From NCBI GenBank assembly GCA_000165425.1, contig CT868374.1, forward strand, positions 62,001 to 126,000: a stretch of 64,000 nucleotides of DNA. Reading direction: 5' to 3'. The stretch is from Paramecium tetraurelia (taxonomy: Eukaryota). This document shows positions 48,688 to 62,145 of this stretch, one piece after another (the first letter of the stretch is position 1; each line of letters opens with the position of its first letter). The notes below the pieces were generated by a model. It did not search any database. It was given only the letters and a program-made list of their open reading frames with translations, and was not told the origin of the DNA. Position numbers and translations under genes: made by a program.

Positions 48688-51600
48688 ATGTGGATCAAAG
48701 AAATCATTATCGAGGGCTTCAAGTCTTATGCATAGAGGACAGTAATAACGAGTCTCGATCCAGAATTCAATGCCATTACTGGATTGAATGGTTCAGGCAA
48801 ATCCAACATTCTGGATGCAATTCTCTTCTGTTTGGGATTGAGCAAAGAATACGATACAGTATTAACATCCTATAATTTATTAGCTTCGTATTAAGAAATT
48901 GCAAGAGTTGATTTATAAGAATGGAGCAGCAGGGATAACTAAAGCTGAAGTAACAATTGTGTTTGATAATCGCAACAAAGAGTAGAGTCCATTGGGATAT
49001 CAGGATTGTGACAAGATAACAGTAACCAGATAGATTACAGCTGATAAATCCAAATATTTCATTAATGGCAAATCTGAAACCCAGAAGAACTTCAAAAATA
49101 TGTTCAGATCAGTTCAATTGAACATAGATAATCCTCATTTTTTGGTGGCATAAGGCAGAATAACTAAGATTATCAACCTTAAACCGTAAGAACTAATAAG
49201 TATGTTGGAGGAAACAGCAGGAACTTCGTTGTATAATGAGAAAAAAAGAGAGGCTTAGAAATTAATTTAGAAGAAAGAGGAGAAGCTAAAATAAGTAAAT
49301 GAAATCATTGAAACTGAAATCTAACCTCAGATGCAGAAATTGACTGATGAGAAGAATATATTCTAATTATGGAGAGCTTAAGAAGCATAAATCTTGGTTT
49401 TGAAGAAGGATCTATTTAGTTATGATTACTATTAGAAGGCTAAGACTTTGAGAATGAAGAAAAACGATTTGCAAATTGTGAACGAATAAATTAGTAATCA
49501 AGAAGAGAAGATGAGGTACGAAAATGCTGAAATATCTACTATCTAAGAGAAAATACAGAGTTTGTAAGAGTAGAATAGGAACAATAAATACGATCAAATT
49601 ACAGAAAAATACAAGGAAAAATAAAAGTTAGTGAGTACCTTAGAGAAATTAAGTGTAAAATACTAGAAGGCAAAAAGAAACTATAGAGAGTGAGAAGATC
49701 AAATTAGAACATGCGTTAAGAACATATCAAACTGATAAGTAGAGAACAGATTAGAAAGTAGAAATAGCTGATCGACAATTAAAGTAAGTGTCAGATGAAT
49801 TGAAAGAGAAGAAAGAGCTCTTGGATGAGTAAATGGGATAACAAAACTCATCCGAAGATGGTAATATTGCTTAGAATGGTAAATAGATGATTTAAAGGTA
49901 AATTAATGACACCATTTCTCATATAGATTCTAACAGAAAAGATCTAGAACAAGTAACTGAACGTTTATAGAGTAATAGACAATCATATAGTTGAGTTCAA
50001 AGAACCCATTTATGAAATAGATGTAGAAAGAAAGCCACTAGATCTAAGAAACTAAAAATTGAGTTATTAAAAGAAAAAGAATAGAGTAAAGCGAATTGGA
50101 GATCCAAAAGTCATCCAGTTTAGAATAACAGTTATTGGATTTGAAATCAAATAGAGGAGATTTAGATTAATAACTATTAGAGATTAAGAAGCAAATATCA
50201 TAATCCTAACCATTTATATTTCAATTGAATTTGTCAAGGATGAAGGATTGGGATTAGAATAGGGTGTATGGTAAATTGTTCAGTTTGTTCGAAGTGAAGG
50301 ATGAATAATACATGAAAGCATTGGAATTTTGGTGCTGGAGCAAAGTTATAAAATATAGTTGTTGATGATTCTACTACCTCCACATACTTGTTGAAGAATA
50401 ATGTATTACAAACTCATTCCTATATCATTCCAAATAAAGAAATTCAATCTAGCGAAGCCAAGAGGGAATTCGTTTAGGCAGCAGCTCAAATTGCAAAGGA
50501 AAATGATGGATTTGCTAAACCAGCTATCGATTTAATTTCATTCTCAGATAAAGTGATCAACTCTATGAAATTCGTGTTTGGAAATTTCATCATTGCTTCA
50601 TCCATGGATATTGCAAGGAAGATTGCCTATCATCCTTCTAATGTTTAAAAATGCAAGGTTGTTACTAGGGATGGTGATATTGTTGATCCATCTGGTACTT
50701 TGACTGGTGGTTATACTAATGAAAAAGCATAATTACTACCGAAATTTAAGTAATTCAATAAATGGAATCTAGAATACAAAGAAATCCAAGGCTAAATTGA
50801 TAAAATTGAATCATAAATAGAGAAGATTAAGTAAGACATTGAATTCAAAGAACAACTGAATAGAGAGATTACACAAGATAAATATCAATTAGAACAGTTG
50901 ATGATCAAATAAAGAAAGAGCAATCAATTCAATTTTTAAACTGAATAGAATAAGTATCTTAATGAAATCTAAGATCTGTAAGTTGAGTAGGATAGACTCA
51001 AAAAATAAATTAAGGAAGGAGAGGATAAATTAGTGGAATTGAAAAAAGAGTTATAGTTAATTCAGTAGGGTAAGAACACTAAGGAATTGATTTAAGCATA
51101 GATTGATAGGACGAAAAAGGAAATTAATAAATTAAAGCAGTAAATAGATCAATAAAAGAAAGAGTTGATTGAGAATCAAGTGGAGAGCCAAAATTATGAA
51201 TAGGAAATCACTAAGTGTATTAAGAAGATCAAGGAGGAAACCAATAATTTGGACAAAACTTCGGTTGCATTGGAGTAATTAACCCATGAATTAAATGGAA
51301 ACAAAGATTAGTACTTAAAAATAACAGAGGAAAAGAATTTGTATGAAAGCAAAAATGCTATACATAATAATTAAATGACTAGATTGTTAGAGTAGTTGTA
51401 GGAAAGGTAGAAGTATTTGAATTCTACAGTTGAACAGTTAAATGGACATTAAAATGAATTGAAGAAATTAGAAAGAGAACAACATGATCTGAAATAGCAA
51501 TTGAAATCATTAGAAGATCAATATGATTTTATTAGATAAGATAAAAATGAATTATCTTAAGATCGATTATCCGAGAAATTCAGAGTTCTAGAGACAATGG

Positions 51601-52265
51601 AATATGAAAAAACTAAATAATAGTTCTAAAGATTGGAACATGATTAAGGGAAATTGGGTAAACAAGTGAATTTTAAGGTTGAAGCTATGACTGAATAAGT
51701 GGAAAAAGAATTCTAATCATTAAAAGACAAAAAGTTGATTTTAGAAAATGATAAGTGTATGCTTATTCAAAACATGGGAGAGTTGGATGATAAGAAAATT
51801 AAGACGATTGAAAAGTGTTTTTTGGAAGTGAATAAGGATTTCTCATCCATTTTCAGTTCGTTGTTACATAATGCTTAGGCTAAATTAGGTAGATTGGATG
51901 GATTATCGATTGAGGATGGAATAGAAATGAATGTATCGTTTAGTCATCAATAGAAAAATCTATCAGAGTTGAGTGGAGGATAGCGATCTTTATTGGCCCT
52001 ATCATTTATACTTGCTCTATTAAAATATAAGCCTGCTCCATTTTATATTTTAGATGAAGTGGACAGTGCTTTAGATTTATCACACACAGAAAACATTGGT
52101 TAGATGTTATCATAGAATTTCAAGTAATCTCAATTCTTACTGATTTCATTGAAAGAGGGTATGTATCAAAATGCAAATGTTTTGTACAAAGTTCAATTTG
52201 TAGATGGTGTAAGTAAAATTGATAGACATGAACTAAAAAAGAAGAAATAATAATAATTAAAATGA
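48688..52265 (+). CDS. SMC2: Condensin subunit SMC2 (several apparent frameshifts at 49650-50330)
   Basis: [52 protein letters not shown], hinge [60 protein letters not shown]. Confidence 0.95.
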
Positions 52266-52428
52266 TTGATATATATTATTATTAATTCCTATTACGGAAC
52301 AACACTTATTAAAAATCTTTATGTTTCTTGCACAGTTATGGCTTGGATCTCTCTACTAGATTTATTCCGTCGAGTCTTCTTAACACCTTGTGATATATAT
52401 TTAATATATATATTTTATATAAATTAAG

Positions 52429-52860
52429 ATGAAAAATAAAGGAAGTTTTATAATAAATAAGAAATCTTCAATTAAGAGTAGTAAATTGTTTTTGTTTGAG
52501 AATCTTTTGTTTGAGGATGTGCCTCTGGCTGCGAAACAGGCTTATTTGGAATGTCTCGAGAAACAAATCAATGATTTGGATGTTATGAGGAAATAATTGA
52601 ATGAAAATATATAGAAATAGGAGATGATAAAAAAGTAATAGTTGCAATTCAGGAAGGAAATAGAGAACATTCAGAATGATCAAAAATTGGATCACAACAT
52701 CATAAATCAATCGATGTTATTGAGTCAATTCATCAGCGAATAACAAAAGTTAGACACTAGTGTGATTGAATAGAGCTATTTGAAGGATTTGGAGTACTTG
52801 CAAAATTAGTAACTATAAACCTCAAATCAATTCGTCCCTTTTGAAAATGAATTTTTATGA
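52429..52860 (+). CDS. Small coiled-coil hypothetical protein (143 aa)
   Basis: Intronless MKNKGSFIINKKSS...AYLECLEKQINDLDVMRKQL...FENEFL-TGA. Confidence 0.65.
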
Positions 52861-52881
52861 TTAATAAATTATATATTAACT

Positions 52882-55800
52882 ATGTTTTGGTAATCGAGGC
52901 CTGTCACTTACAATAACTAAAGGACTTTTGAGAGCAACTTCTACCTAGTGTAGCAAGATGTGCCTCAATTCCCTAGTAATTTCATAAAGACAAGCAGGTA
53001 AGCATTGATATGACCTGAAAAATAGATATAACTTGGTAACATTCCTACCATTCTCTTTGTTACTTCAATTTACTAGATATGCTAACATTTACTTTTTATG
53101 CATTGCCATTATCCAATGCATCCCAATCTTATCAACTTTGAATCCCTTTAGTGCCATAGCTCCATTAGTCTTCGTCTTGGGACTTTCAATGTGTCGAGAA
53201 GGATGGGAAGATTATGGCCGGCACGTATCAGACAACGAGGTGAATTCCACAGACTGTTTTGTTATAAAAGACAGGAGGGTTACAAAGTAAATATAACTGC
53301 TAAATTCTTATTAGGACTACTTGGGCAGATATTTAAGTAGGTGACTATGTGTACGTAAGACAGGACGAGAGTTTCCCTGCAGATTTGATAGTCTTGGGCA
53401 GTGAGAAGGAGAGTGGAGCATGTTATATTGAGACATCATCTTTGGATGGTGAAAAGAATCTAAAACCTAAGAGTGCCATCCTGGATAGTTAACAAATGTA
53501 TCAGTCTTTGGATACATTCAATGACCAGATCGTTAAGGTGGTGGCAGAAACTCCATCCCAATCATTATATGAATTCGATGCTTAATTGCATTTGCCCATC
53601 AACTCAGAATTCAAGAAATTCCAATTGACTGCTAAATAACTCCTCCTTCGAGGGGCATAATTAAGAAACACAAGTTGGATAATAGGCATAGTAGTCTACA
53701 CCGGATAAGATAGCAAGATCATGAGGAATGCTGATGCATCAAGAGTTAAGTCAAGTGAAATCGAGAGAACAATGAATATCCTCATCCTCGGAATCCTCTG
53801 TGTTCAAATCACTCTAAGTATCATATCATGCTCGTTTTCTTCTGTTTGGCTAACCAAATTTGGAGTTGACTCCTTTTATTTGGATTACACAAATGATTCC
53901 CTCAATCCGTCATTGTTTTCCTTCTATGTGTTCTTTAGTTATATACTATTATATAACACAATGATACCAATATCATTAATAGTTTCATTAGAATTTGTGA
54001 AGGTGTTCTAGTCATACTTTATGGAGATGGACGTGGAGATGTATGTCTAATAAAGAAATAAATTTTGTAAGGTTCAGACTACTACTATCAATGAAGAGTT
54101 GGGTCAGGTTGAGTATATATTTTCTGATAAGACTGGAACCTTGACTTGCAATCAGATGGAATTCAAATATTCTGTAATAGGAAATTCCCTCTATGGCAAG
54201 GAACCACCAAATCAATCAGCTAAGACTGAGATAATGTTGTAAAACATTTTGCCCTTGTAAAACAAATTGCAAATTCATCCTATGGAAGGAATTCAAGGTC
54301 ATTCTATGACGAATTTCAACTTCTATGATGAGGAATTGATCAATATCATTGACGGTGGGAATAGCAAGACTACTGCAAGTGTGAATCTAACCATAAAGTC
54401 TAAAGATAACAAATCTTAGATAACAATCAATAATTAGAAGGAGTTAGTTGATTACTATTTCTTTTTATTGAGTTCAGCTCATGAATGCATAATCCAATAT
54501 GATTAAGATAAGAATACTTCCTATTAGGGACCGTCTCCAGATGAAATTACTTTGGTTGATGCAGCTGCGAGAATGGGTTACAAATTCACAGGAGCCTCAG
54601 CAAGTGAATAGAATTTCATGATCTTGAATTAGCCAAGAAAGGTGAAATTGTTGAAATCATTCGAATTCGATTCAATCAGAAAGAGAATGAGTGTAATCAT
54701 TAAGGATGAAAAAGGAATAATAAAATTACTCATTAAAGGAGCAGACAGTATAATAAAAAGTCGATTGAGTAACGAATAGAAGTTCTTGGATAAAACTATA
54801 GAATGGTTGGAAGAGTTCTCAAGGATTGGATTGAGATGCTTATTAATGGCTACCAGAGTACTGTCAGAAGATGAGTACAAGAAATTCGATAACGAATATA
54901 ATAATTTACCTGAAGGAGAACAAAGACAAATTGAACTTAATAGAATTACCGATGAGTTGGAAAGAGATCTCACTTTGATTGGTGCCACTGCTGTCGAAGA
55001 TAAATTACAAAGTCAAGTGCCAGAAACTATAGCCGATCTACTCAAGGCTAACATTAAGGTTTGGATGCTTACTGGCGATAAATTGGAGACTGCTGAAAAC
55101 ATAGCCAAGAGTTGTAAATTAATATAAGGAGATTTCACAGTTATGAGATTGTCTGAATTCACTGAACCAGATTGTTTGGACAAATTAAAAGACATCCAAG
55201 ACACATACGATTTGTGCATCAAGGAAAATAGAAAGAAAGTAATATATCTTTAAAATACTTTAGTCAATTGTAATCGAAGGACAATCTTTGGATTTTATTT
55301 TAAATTCAAACGATATGGCATCTTCCTTTGTCTAAATGGCCAAAGATTGTGAGTCTATTGTGTGTTGTAGAGTTACTCCCAAATAAAAAGCCGATGTGGT
55401 CAGATTGATCAAGGATAGACTGAATAAGATCACTTTGGCCATAGGAGATGGAGCCAATGATGTAAATATGATCTAGGCTGCTCATATTGGAGTTGGATTG
55501 TATGGAAATGAAGGAATGAGAGCTGTTCAGAGTGCTGATTTTGCCTTGGGAGAATTTCAATGCTTATGGAGACTATTATTAGTTCATGGTCATTGGAATT
55601 ACATCAGAATTTCAGAGATGATTCTGTACTTCTTCTACAAAAACATGTTGTTCACTATCCCTTAGTTCTTCTTTAGTTTCTTTTGTGCCTTTTCAGCCCA
55701 GTCTTTTTATGATGATTGGTACATCACCTTGTATAATTTGATCTTTACTGCACTCCCATTGATCATTCGAGCAACCTTTGATCAAGACATCAACTATAAA

Positions 55801-56520
55801 CAATACCTGAATTATGATGCAAATCAAAGAATCAGAAATGTTCAATTGAAACAAGAGAACTACTTAAAGTAAAAGTTTCCATACCTTTACTATGTCGGAT
55901 AAAAAAAGACTATTTTTACTATCCCATCCTACATGATGTGGGCTTTTACTGGAGTAATCCATGGGATGATCATATTCTTCTTCCTATACTGGATAATGGA
56001 TTATGAAGCTCTTAACATAAATGGCATTACTGGAGGATTAGCACCTTATTCATTGACTGTTTACACAGCCATAATATTGGTAGCTGATTTTTAAATCATC
56101 ATACAAACTAAATATTGGACACTATTCAATGTAGTAGCAGTATCATTTCTAAGCTTGTTCCTATATGGAGGATATGTCATAATATCTCATTATTGGCCTG
56201 GAGAATTAATGATGTACACACCTCTCACTATATTAAAAATGCCATCGTTCTGGCTGTGTCAATTCTTGATCTTAGTGATTGTTGGTGCCATGGAAGCATT
56301 TAGATCTGAATTCAATAGATAATACTTTTTGGAAACTGCTGATGAAATTTTAGTGAAGACTAAACAATTTACATTTACATTAAATGAATGGCTGAGCAAA
56401 CAGAAAAAAGTGGCCAGACAGGATAGCTTCTGGGCTGAAATCTACAAGGAAGATGAATAAGAACAAGTCATACAATTTGAAGAAACAATCAAAGATGCCA
56501 ATCAAATTCCAAATCAATGA
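52882..56520 (+). CDS. P4-type ATPase (phospholipid flippase)
   Basis: [97 protein letters not shown]. Confidence 0.97.
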
Positions 56521-56598
56521 ATAATATATATGAATCAAAATGTTTATTCATAGAATACTCGTCCTTTTTATTTTAATAATAAAATTAAATAGTACATC

Positions 56599-57559
56599 AT
56601 GGAATCCAAGAGCACTGGTACTAAAAGACTTATCTCGGTTGGATCTCTGTCGAACTATGAAAGAGCCGAATTTATCTCCTCTAAAACAGACACTAAACAA
56701 AGATTAGGGGAGCTCTTCATTTATGAGCCTACCAAACTAGAGAGTAATTATGCATGTCCCTTATAAATTAAGTGTTTGGATTGAGACAGCAAATAGTGAG
56801 TACACGAATTCCAAGATTCGAACATCCTAAACCCATGTTTGATTTAGATTCTCAGCCAGACAAAACCTTAACACATGTCGCATCCTAAACTGAGTGTCAA
56901 AAATGCAATCACAGTATGGGTAAGATCGTGTAACCTAAACTAAATATGGAATCGCTGCATTTATCAGCTCCTTCTTTGCAACCATATGAAAAGTAGGAAC
57001 CTAAAGTTATAGTTCCAAAATAATTATCAAGCCATGTGGTGAGATAAAAAAAGAAGGATCTGCCCCCCATCTTGCAATATTCATTCATCCAACCTCCACC
57101 AGTCTTCACATAGTCTGCCAAGGCTGTGAGAGAATAGAAATCCTTTGGCAAATTGTCTTAAGGCAGGATATCCAAGAAATACGATAACGAAATGGTTAAA
57201 GTCATTCAATAGGAACTCAGTCAGCAATTGCATAAAATTGAGGATGAGATCTCAGAGAAAGGATACAGTGTCCCCATCAAATATGTATTAATTTATGGTG
57301 GCATTTCTTTTAGTCAAATCTCAAAAGAACCAAGTAGATGACCTTGAGCAAGAAAATCAAGTAAGAAAAACAATCATAAATTTTGAATGAAAAGAAGACA
57401 GAATCTCAATTCTTTATGTAAAAGGAAAAAGAAAAAGAAATTAGGACTATAGTGTTCTTGAAATAACCAGAGAAGAGTCAGTCTCAAATTCGACTCTAAA
57501 AGGAAGAAAACAGCAACATCATATTTGGGTATTCAAATAGAAAGGAGGAATAAACTTGA
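56599..57559 (+). CDS. Hypothetical basic, largely disordered protein
   Basis: MESKSTGTKRLISVGSLSNYERAEF...; at least two 29-nt introns; ends GYSNRKEEQT-TGA. Confidence 0.6.
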
Positions 57560-57623
57560 TTAGCTTGATTTACATTTACTCTAAGTTTATCATTTCTGCA
57601 CTATAAAAATAAATTTAATTAAT

Positions 57624-58662
57624 ATGAGTGCTCAATTTTATAACTAGAATAAAAATTCTTATCCTGAACTCCAAGATTTTGATCATGCAATGAGACATCT
57701 CTATTACACACAAAATCCAATTACAGACTAGCTTATTAACAAATTTCATAGTAAATATGCTGTTAGAGAGTATATGATAAGGAAACACAATACAATAACA
57801 AACAATAGACCACAAATGAATAGACTGGCTGAATCAAATCTCTTTCTAGAATATGAATTAAAGAAAATCAAACCACCCTCTGAGAATCTTTATGCAGAAA
57901 GCAACAAGAGACAACAAGTGTACCCTATGACTGAGGCTGTTTAAAAAATATTAAATGATGAGTATATTTATTATAATAATAAATATATTTGATATTTATC
58001 TAGATTGCATTAACAAGTTTGAATCAATCAAAAAAATAGTGCAATAAACAGAGAACTTTGAGGAGTCAACTGATCTTACTTAGCTATTACAGAATGTTTC
58101 TATTGCCATGATCTATCTTCATAAAGAGGATTAGATCATCAACTTATAAGGCGAGGAATACTGAAATCAACAATTTTGATAATGATGAAGGTTTATAATT
58201 GTAAAATCTAAGATTAAAATAGCAAAATTATAAGTTTTATTAATAATTAAGTTAGACAAAAAAAAAATTGAATTTAAGAGTGGTATGTGTATAAGCCAGG
58301 AGAATAACTAAAAATGATGCTGTCATTAATGATCTCAAAAAGTTATTTCATTAATTAAGAGATTTTATTAATTAAATTAATAACAATTATTCTTACTTGA
58401 ATTTGACTGAGTCATTAGAGATCTTATTGTAACAATTAGAAGAAACGGAGAAGAAAACCAAAAGCTAATTGAAGGGAATCTCCACCATAAGGCAAAATAT
58501 CAAGAAAGATAATCACTATAGCAAGGAGGAAACTTTGAATCAATAAGATTGATCAAATGAGTCAGAACCATTAATAGTTATCAGAGGATCAATTAGAAAA
58601 GATAAAGGACTTAGAAAATTAAATCAAATAATTATAAAATAATTGTCGAGTAATTGATTGAC
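57624..58662 (+). pseudogene. Hypothetical gene with an intact 5' ORF (57624-57992) and frameshifted coiled-coil-like downstream segments
   Basis: MSAQFYNQNKNSYPELQDFDHAMRHLYY... is followed by coding-like blocks in different frames that I could not join with canonical introns. Confidence 0.4.
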
Positions 58663-58803
58663 TGGAATAATATTTTAAATTTATAATACGTTTTTATTGG
58701 AGCCATTGTTGCTGATATATGAATATATAAGTAGTTTAGACTAGGTGGACAATAAGAAATATTTGAGATTGGAAATAAAGGCACATAAATGAGAACAAAA
58801 TGT

Positions 58804-59687
58804 TCATTATTATTTCTTGCTTTTTGAAATTCCGTAGTTTCTTTCTAAGTAGTCTATAGTAGGAGTTGTAAGAAGAGCTTAACAGAAATAAGCGATTATC
58901 CTTGCTTACCATCCTGCATATAGTCCTGAAATTCCGTAATTTTTGTATACAATCTTAAATCCTTCGAAAAGAGAGAGGTTTTTAAAATTTTGATTTCCCT
59001 CCATCTAGACTAGTGTTTTGATCGTATCAAATGGATGAACTAACTATATTGATGATCAGATACCTGCCAAAATGTTTAGAATGCTACTGAGAGAGGAAGC
59101 AATTAAAGAATTAACTAAAGAAAGTGGTTAGCCAGGATCAGCCTTTAATGCATAGCGGACTTTGTGATCCCAGTACAAATAGTTCGTCCATGATACCACC
59201 TGTCTGGTTGTTTGAATTCTGAAACCAACATATATTGATTCAAATGTTATGTATTTGAAATATCCAAAGCCAGTAGACATAGATGTCATTTTTAATGTCT
59301 TGAGTCTTTCAAAAGGAGTAATAATACAACTTTCAAACAACCCAATTGAGGCTCCTGTTATAATTTTATTTATGGATTAATTGTGGATGTGTTCATTCAG
59401 TATCTAAGGAATAAAAATCATCATAGGCCATCTATAATATTGTTTGACCATGTTCCTCAAAAAACTAGGAGAAAAGCCATCATACAAGCCAATCATCCCT
59501 CTAGCTCCCTTAATGTCCATGTAACTCTACAATTCAGTGGAAAATATACCTGTACATAAGTGATCCCCTGCTTTGATTGTTTGTATGTCTTAATTCTATC
59601 AAGTACATGCTCTAACGGCATGGTCAATGCCACTCTAAAAGCTCCAATCACTTATGTTTCAATGAGTGCTTTAACATAATCTCCCAT
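58804..59687 (-). CDS. Mitochondrial carrier (SLC25)
   Basis: PLEHVLDRIKT, GLYDGFSPQFLRN, TPFERLKTLKM, HPFDTIKTLVQ, YAGWQARII; two tiny introns. Confidence 0.9.
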
Positions 59688-59945
59688 CTGTAGCGATAAT
59701 ATATTCTTTAAAAATATTTAAGAATATTTTGTATTAATTTAGCTTTTATATAAATTGGATAATAGCAAAATATTTCATAAATAAAACTTATCATTGCATA
59801 TTATGCCCTCTTCTTAAGGAACCCCTCTTAAATGTGGATGAAGGCAAAATAAATTCATGAAAGAAATTCAAATAACTCAGAGTTATATAATCAAATCAAT
59901 ATTCTAGAAAATCATTAATTAAAGAAAAACAATGAACAATTGTAA

Positions 59946-62110
59946 TCAATAATCCTTAGAATGTTTTTAAAATTACTAATTCTTAGAGATACTGGATTTG
60001 GGAGGAACCTTGGGAAGTTGAACACAAGTGCTTTTTGTTTAAGGCTTAGGAAACAATATTTATTATTTTTTTAATGTTGGAGTTTAAGAGGACACCTTAC
60101 TTGTTGGAGTTTACAATCTAGCAGTTGTGTTGTTTTTAGTGGGAGTCTTCAGTCTTATCTGATGTTTGGGGTGGAAGGTTTCCATACTTTCTTTTAAATT
60201 GTTGGCATGTTCCTATTTGATTATGGTTTCTGGATGATGGAAATGGATCTATAAGAGTTTTTGATTAATCTCTTTGGCTGTCTAATGGATAGATAAAAGG
60301 GATTACTTATTGAACAATGGCCTTTTTGTCAGATAGAAATGGTTGGAATATCTACTGTAATTTAATGACTAATTCCTTTTCTTCATTCCAGAATAGTAAT
60401 CTCATCTCGTAAATCAATTATACGAACTTCATTCTCACAATATAAACTGGATCGTTTTGCAATTGCAATACTTAAATTAGGTTGCATTGTTTGAAAAAGT
60501 TTCTGCTTCGTTTTCTGCATATTTATATACAGAAGTCGATCAATAATATTCTATATGCATAATTAGTGTGAGTGAGGTATGGAAGATAATGTGGAATTAC
60601 CTTCTCGTAGTTTTCTGCTATTGAATCAATCAAATAGACGGACACTTTTTTCCTGATATGTTAAGATCCCATTGAGAGATACGAAAAACATAGAGAATTG
60701 AATTCTGTCTTAATGTTTAAGTGACTAGCCAGACATTCTAAGATGTTTAAGGTTTCTTCAACTTCAAACCAAAGACCTTTTTATTCATAATGCAAGATGG
60801 ACTTTTTGAGGAAGTCGAAGGTCTTTTGCAACTGGACTGTGAATTGTCTGTTTTTGATTCTGATGCCTTTGTTAATGATATCAAGGAGATAAGGAATGAA
60901 AAATATCTGATTCAACTCTAAATTGCCAAATATAAGACCAAGTAATTGTTGATGTGTTTATTCGTTTAATTGAGTGTATAATTCTGATAAATGTTTAAGA
61001 AAACTAAACTCTTTACTTGTGTCAATTAAATTAGATACCTGATTAACTAGGAAATCATCATATTGTTATCGAATCTTTGAATCGAATAAAAACACATATT
61101 GATAGTACTCCTTAACTAATTCAATTTGAATTGGTTATGGTCGTATGTAATCCATAAATGTCTACTAAACAAACTCTGTTTTAATAGTTGCAAGACATTA
61201 TGCAATCAAAACGATGATTTTGGGATCATCTTCTATGAATTATATGATATCTTGGAGAGTGTCTTAAAATTTGAGATGAGTCTCATAACCTTATTCTTCC
61301 ATCTTCAACCAAGAGTTGAGAAATAGTTTGCATCCATTCAATCTCACTTACTTATCGAAGTCTGTGATCAATGAAATAGTGCTCTTTAACCAGTCTTGAT
61401 CTCTGATTAATATCATCAATAGTTTATCATGTTTTAGTATAACTTGATCAATAATTCTGCACATTCGTTCATTTTTTCTACCAATGCATTATTTTACATG
61501 TTTCAGTGACAAAGCCTACTGATTATTATTCATCAAAGAATAGCGCATTTCGATCATTTTCAATCCTTCATACCTAACACTATCCTCATTTAAGATGAGG
61601 AGATAGGGTTCGAAATCGAATTCCATAAATTTTGAGAGAGTAGCCATCAACTCACAAATTTGATCGCAAAATGGAGAATTGAAATAAATAGAACAGAATT
61701 CTTAGAGCTACTTCAATTATTATTCCTTGATCTTGTTCAATACATTTTCCTAGAATAGATTTGTATATCTACATTTAGTGAGATAATGAGGTTGCTTAAG
61801 GCTTTGATTAATTCCTTTACTACTTAGGACTCTTCGCTCTTAACCTTATTCTATGAATGATGAGAACAGAGAATTACCATGATGAATGCCACTAGTTCTG
61901 GAACATAGAAGTCGAACTCAGTAGCTTTATTTATATTTTGACAAACAAAAAGCTTTTAAAATGCTTATCCATTATTCAGCAAGTAGATCGCCTTGTCGAT
62001 AAAATTGTTGTATTCAGGAGTGCACAGTTTTTCAATTTCTTCGTTACTTTTGACTTAAATACAGAGGGAAATGTACTTGAATTAGTGCACCTCTCATTTA
62101 TTGAATCCAT
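59946..62110 (-). CDS. HEAT-repeat protein, PP4 regulatory subunit 4 (PPP4R4)-like
   Basis: N-terminal IKSNEEIEKLCTPEYNNFIDKAIYLLNNGQAFQKLFVCQNI resembles the PPP4R4 N-terminal motif; HEAT-like helices; T/P/K-rich tail; several introns. Confidence 0.65.
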
Positions 62111-62145
62111 TAATTTATTTATTAATTATAACGAATACAAGAAGT

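Noticed and set aside
56909..57151. 80-aa minus-strand ORF in the track
   Set aside because: It overlaps the plus-strand gene 56599-57559 in antisense and has no family motif.
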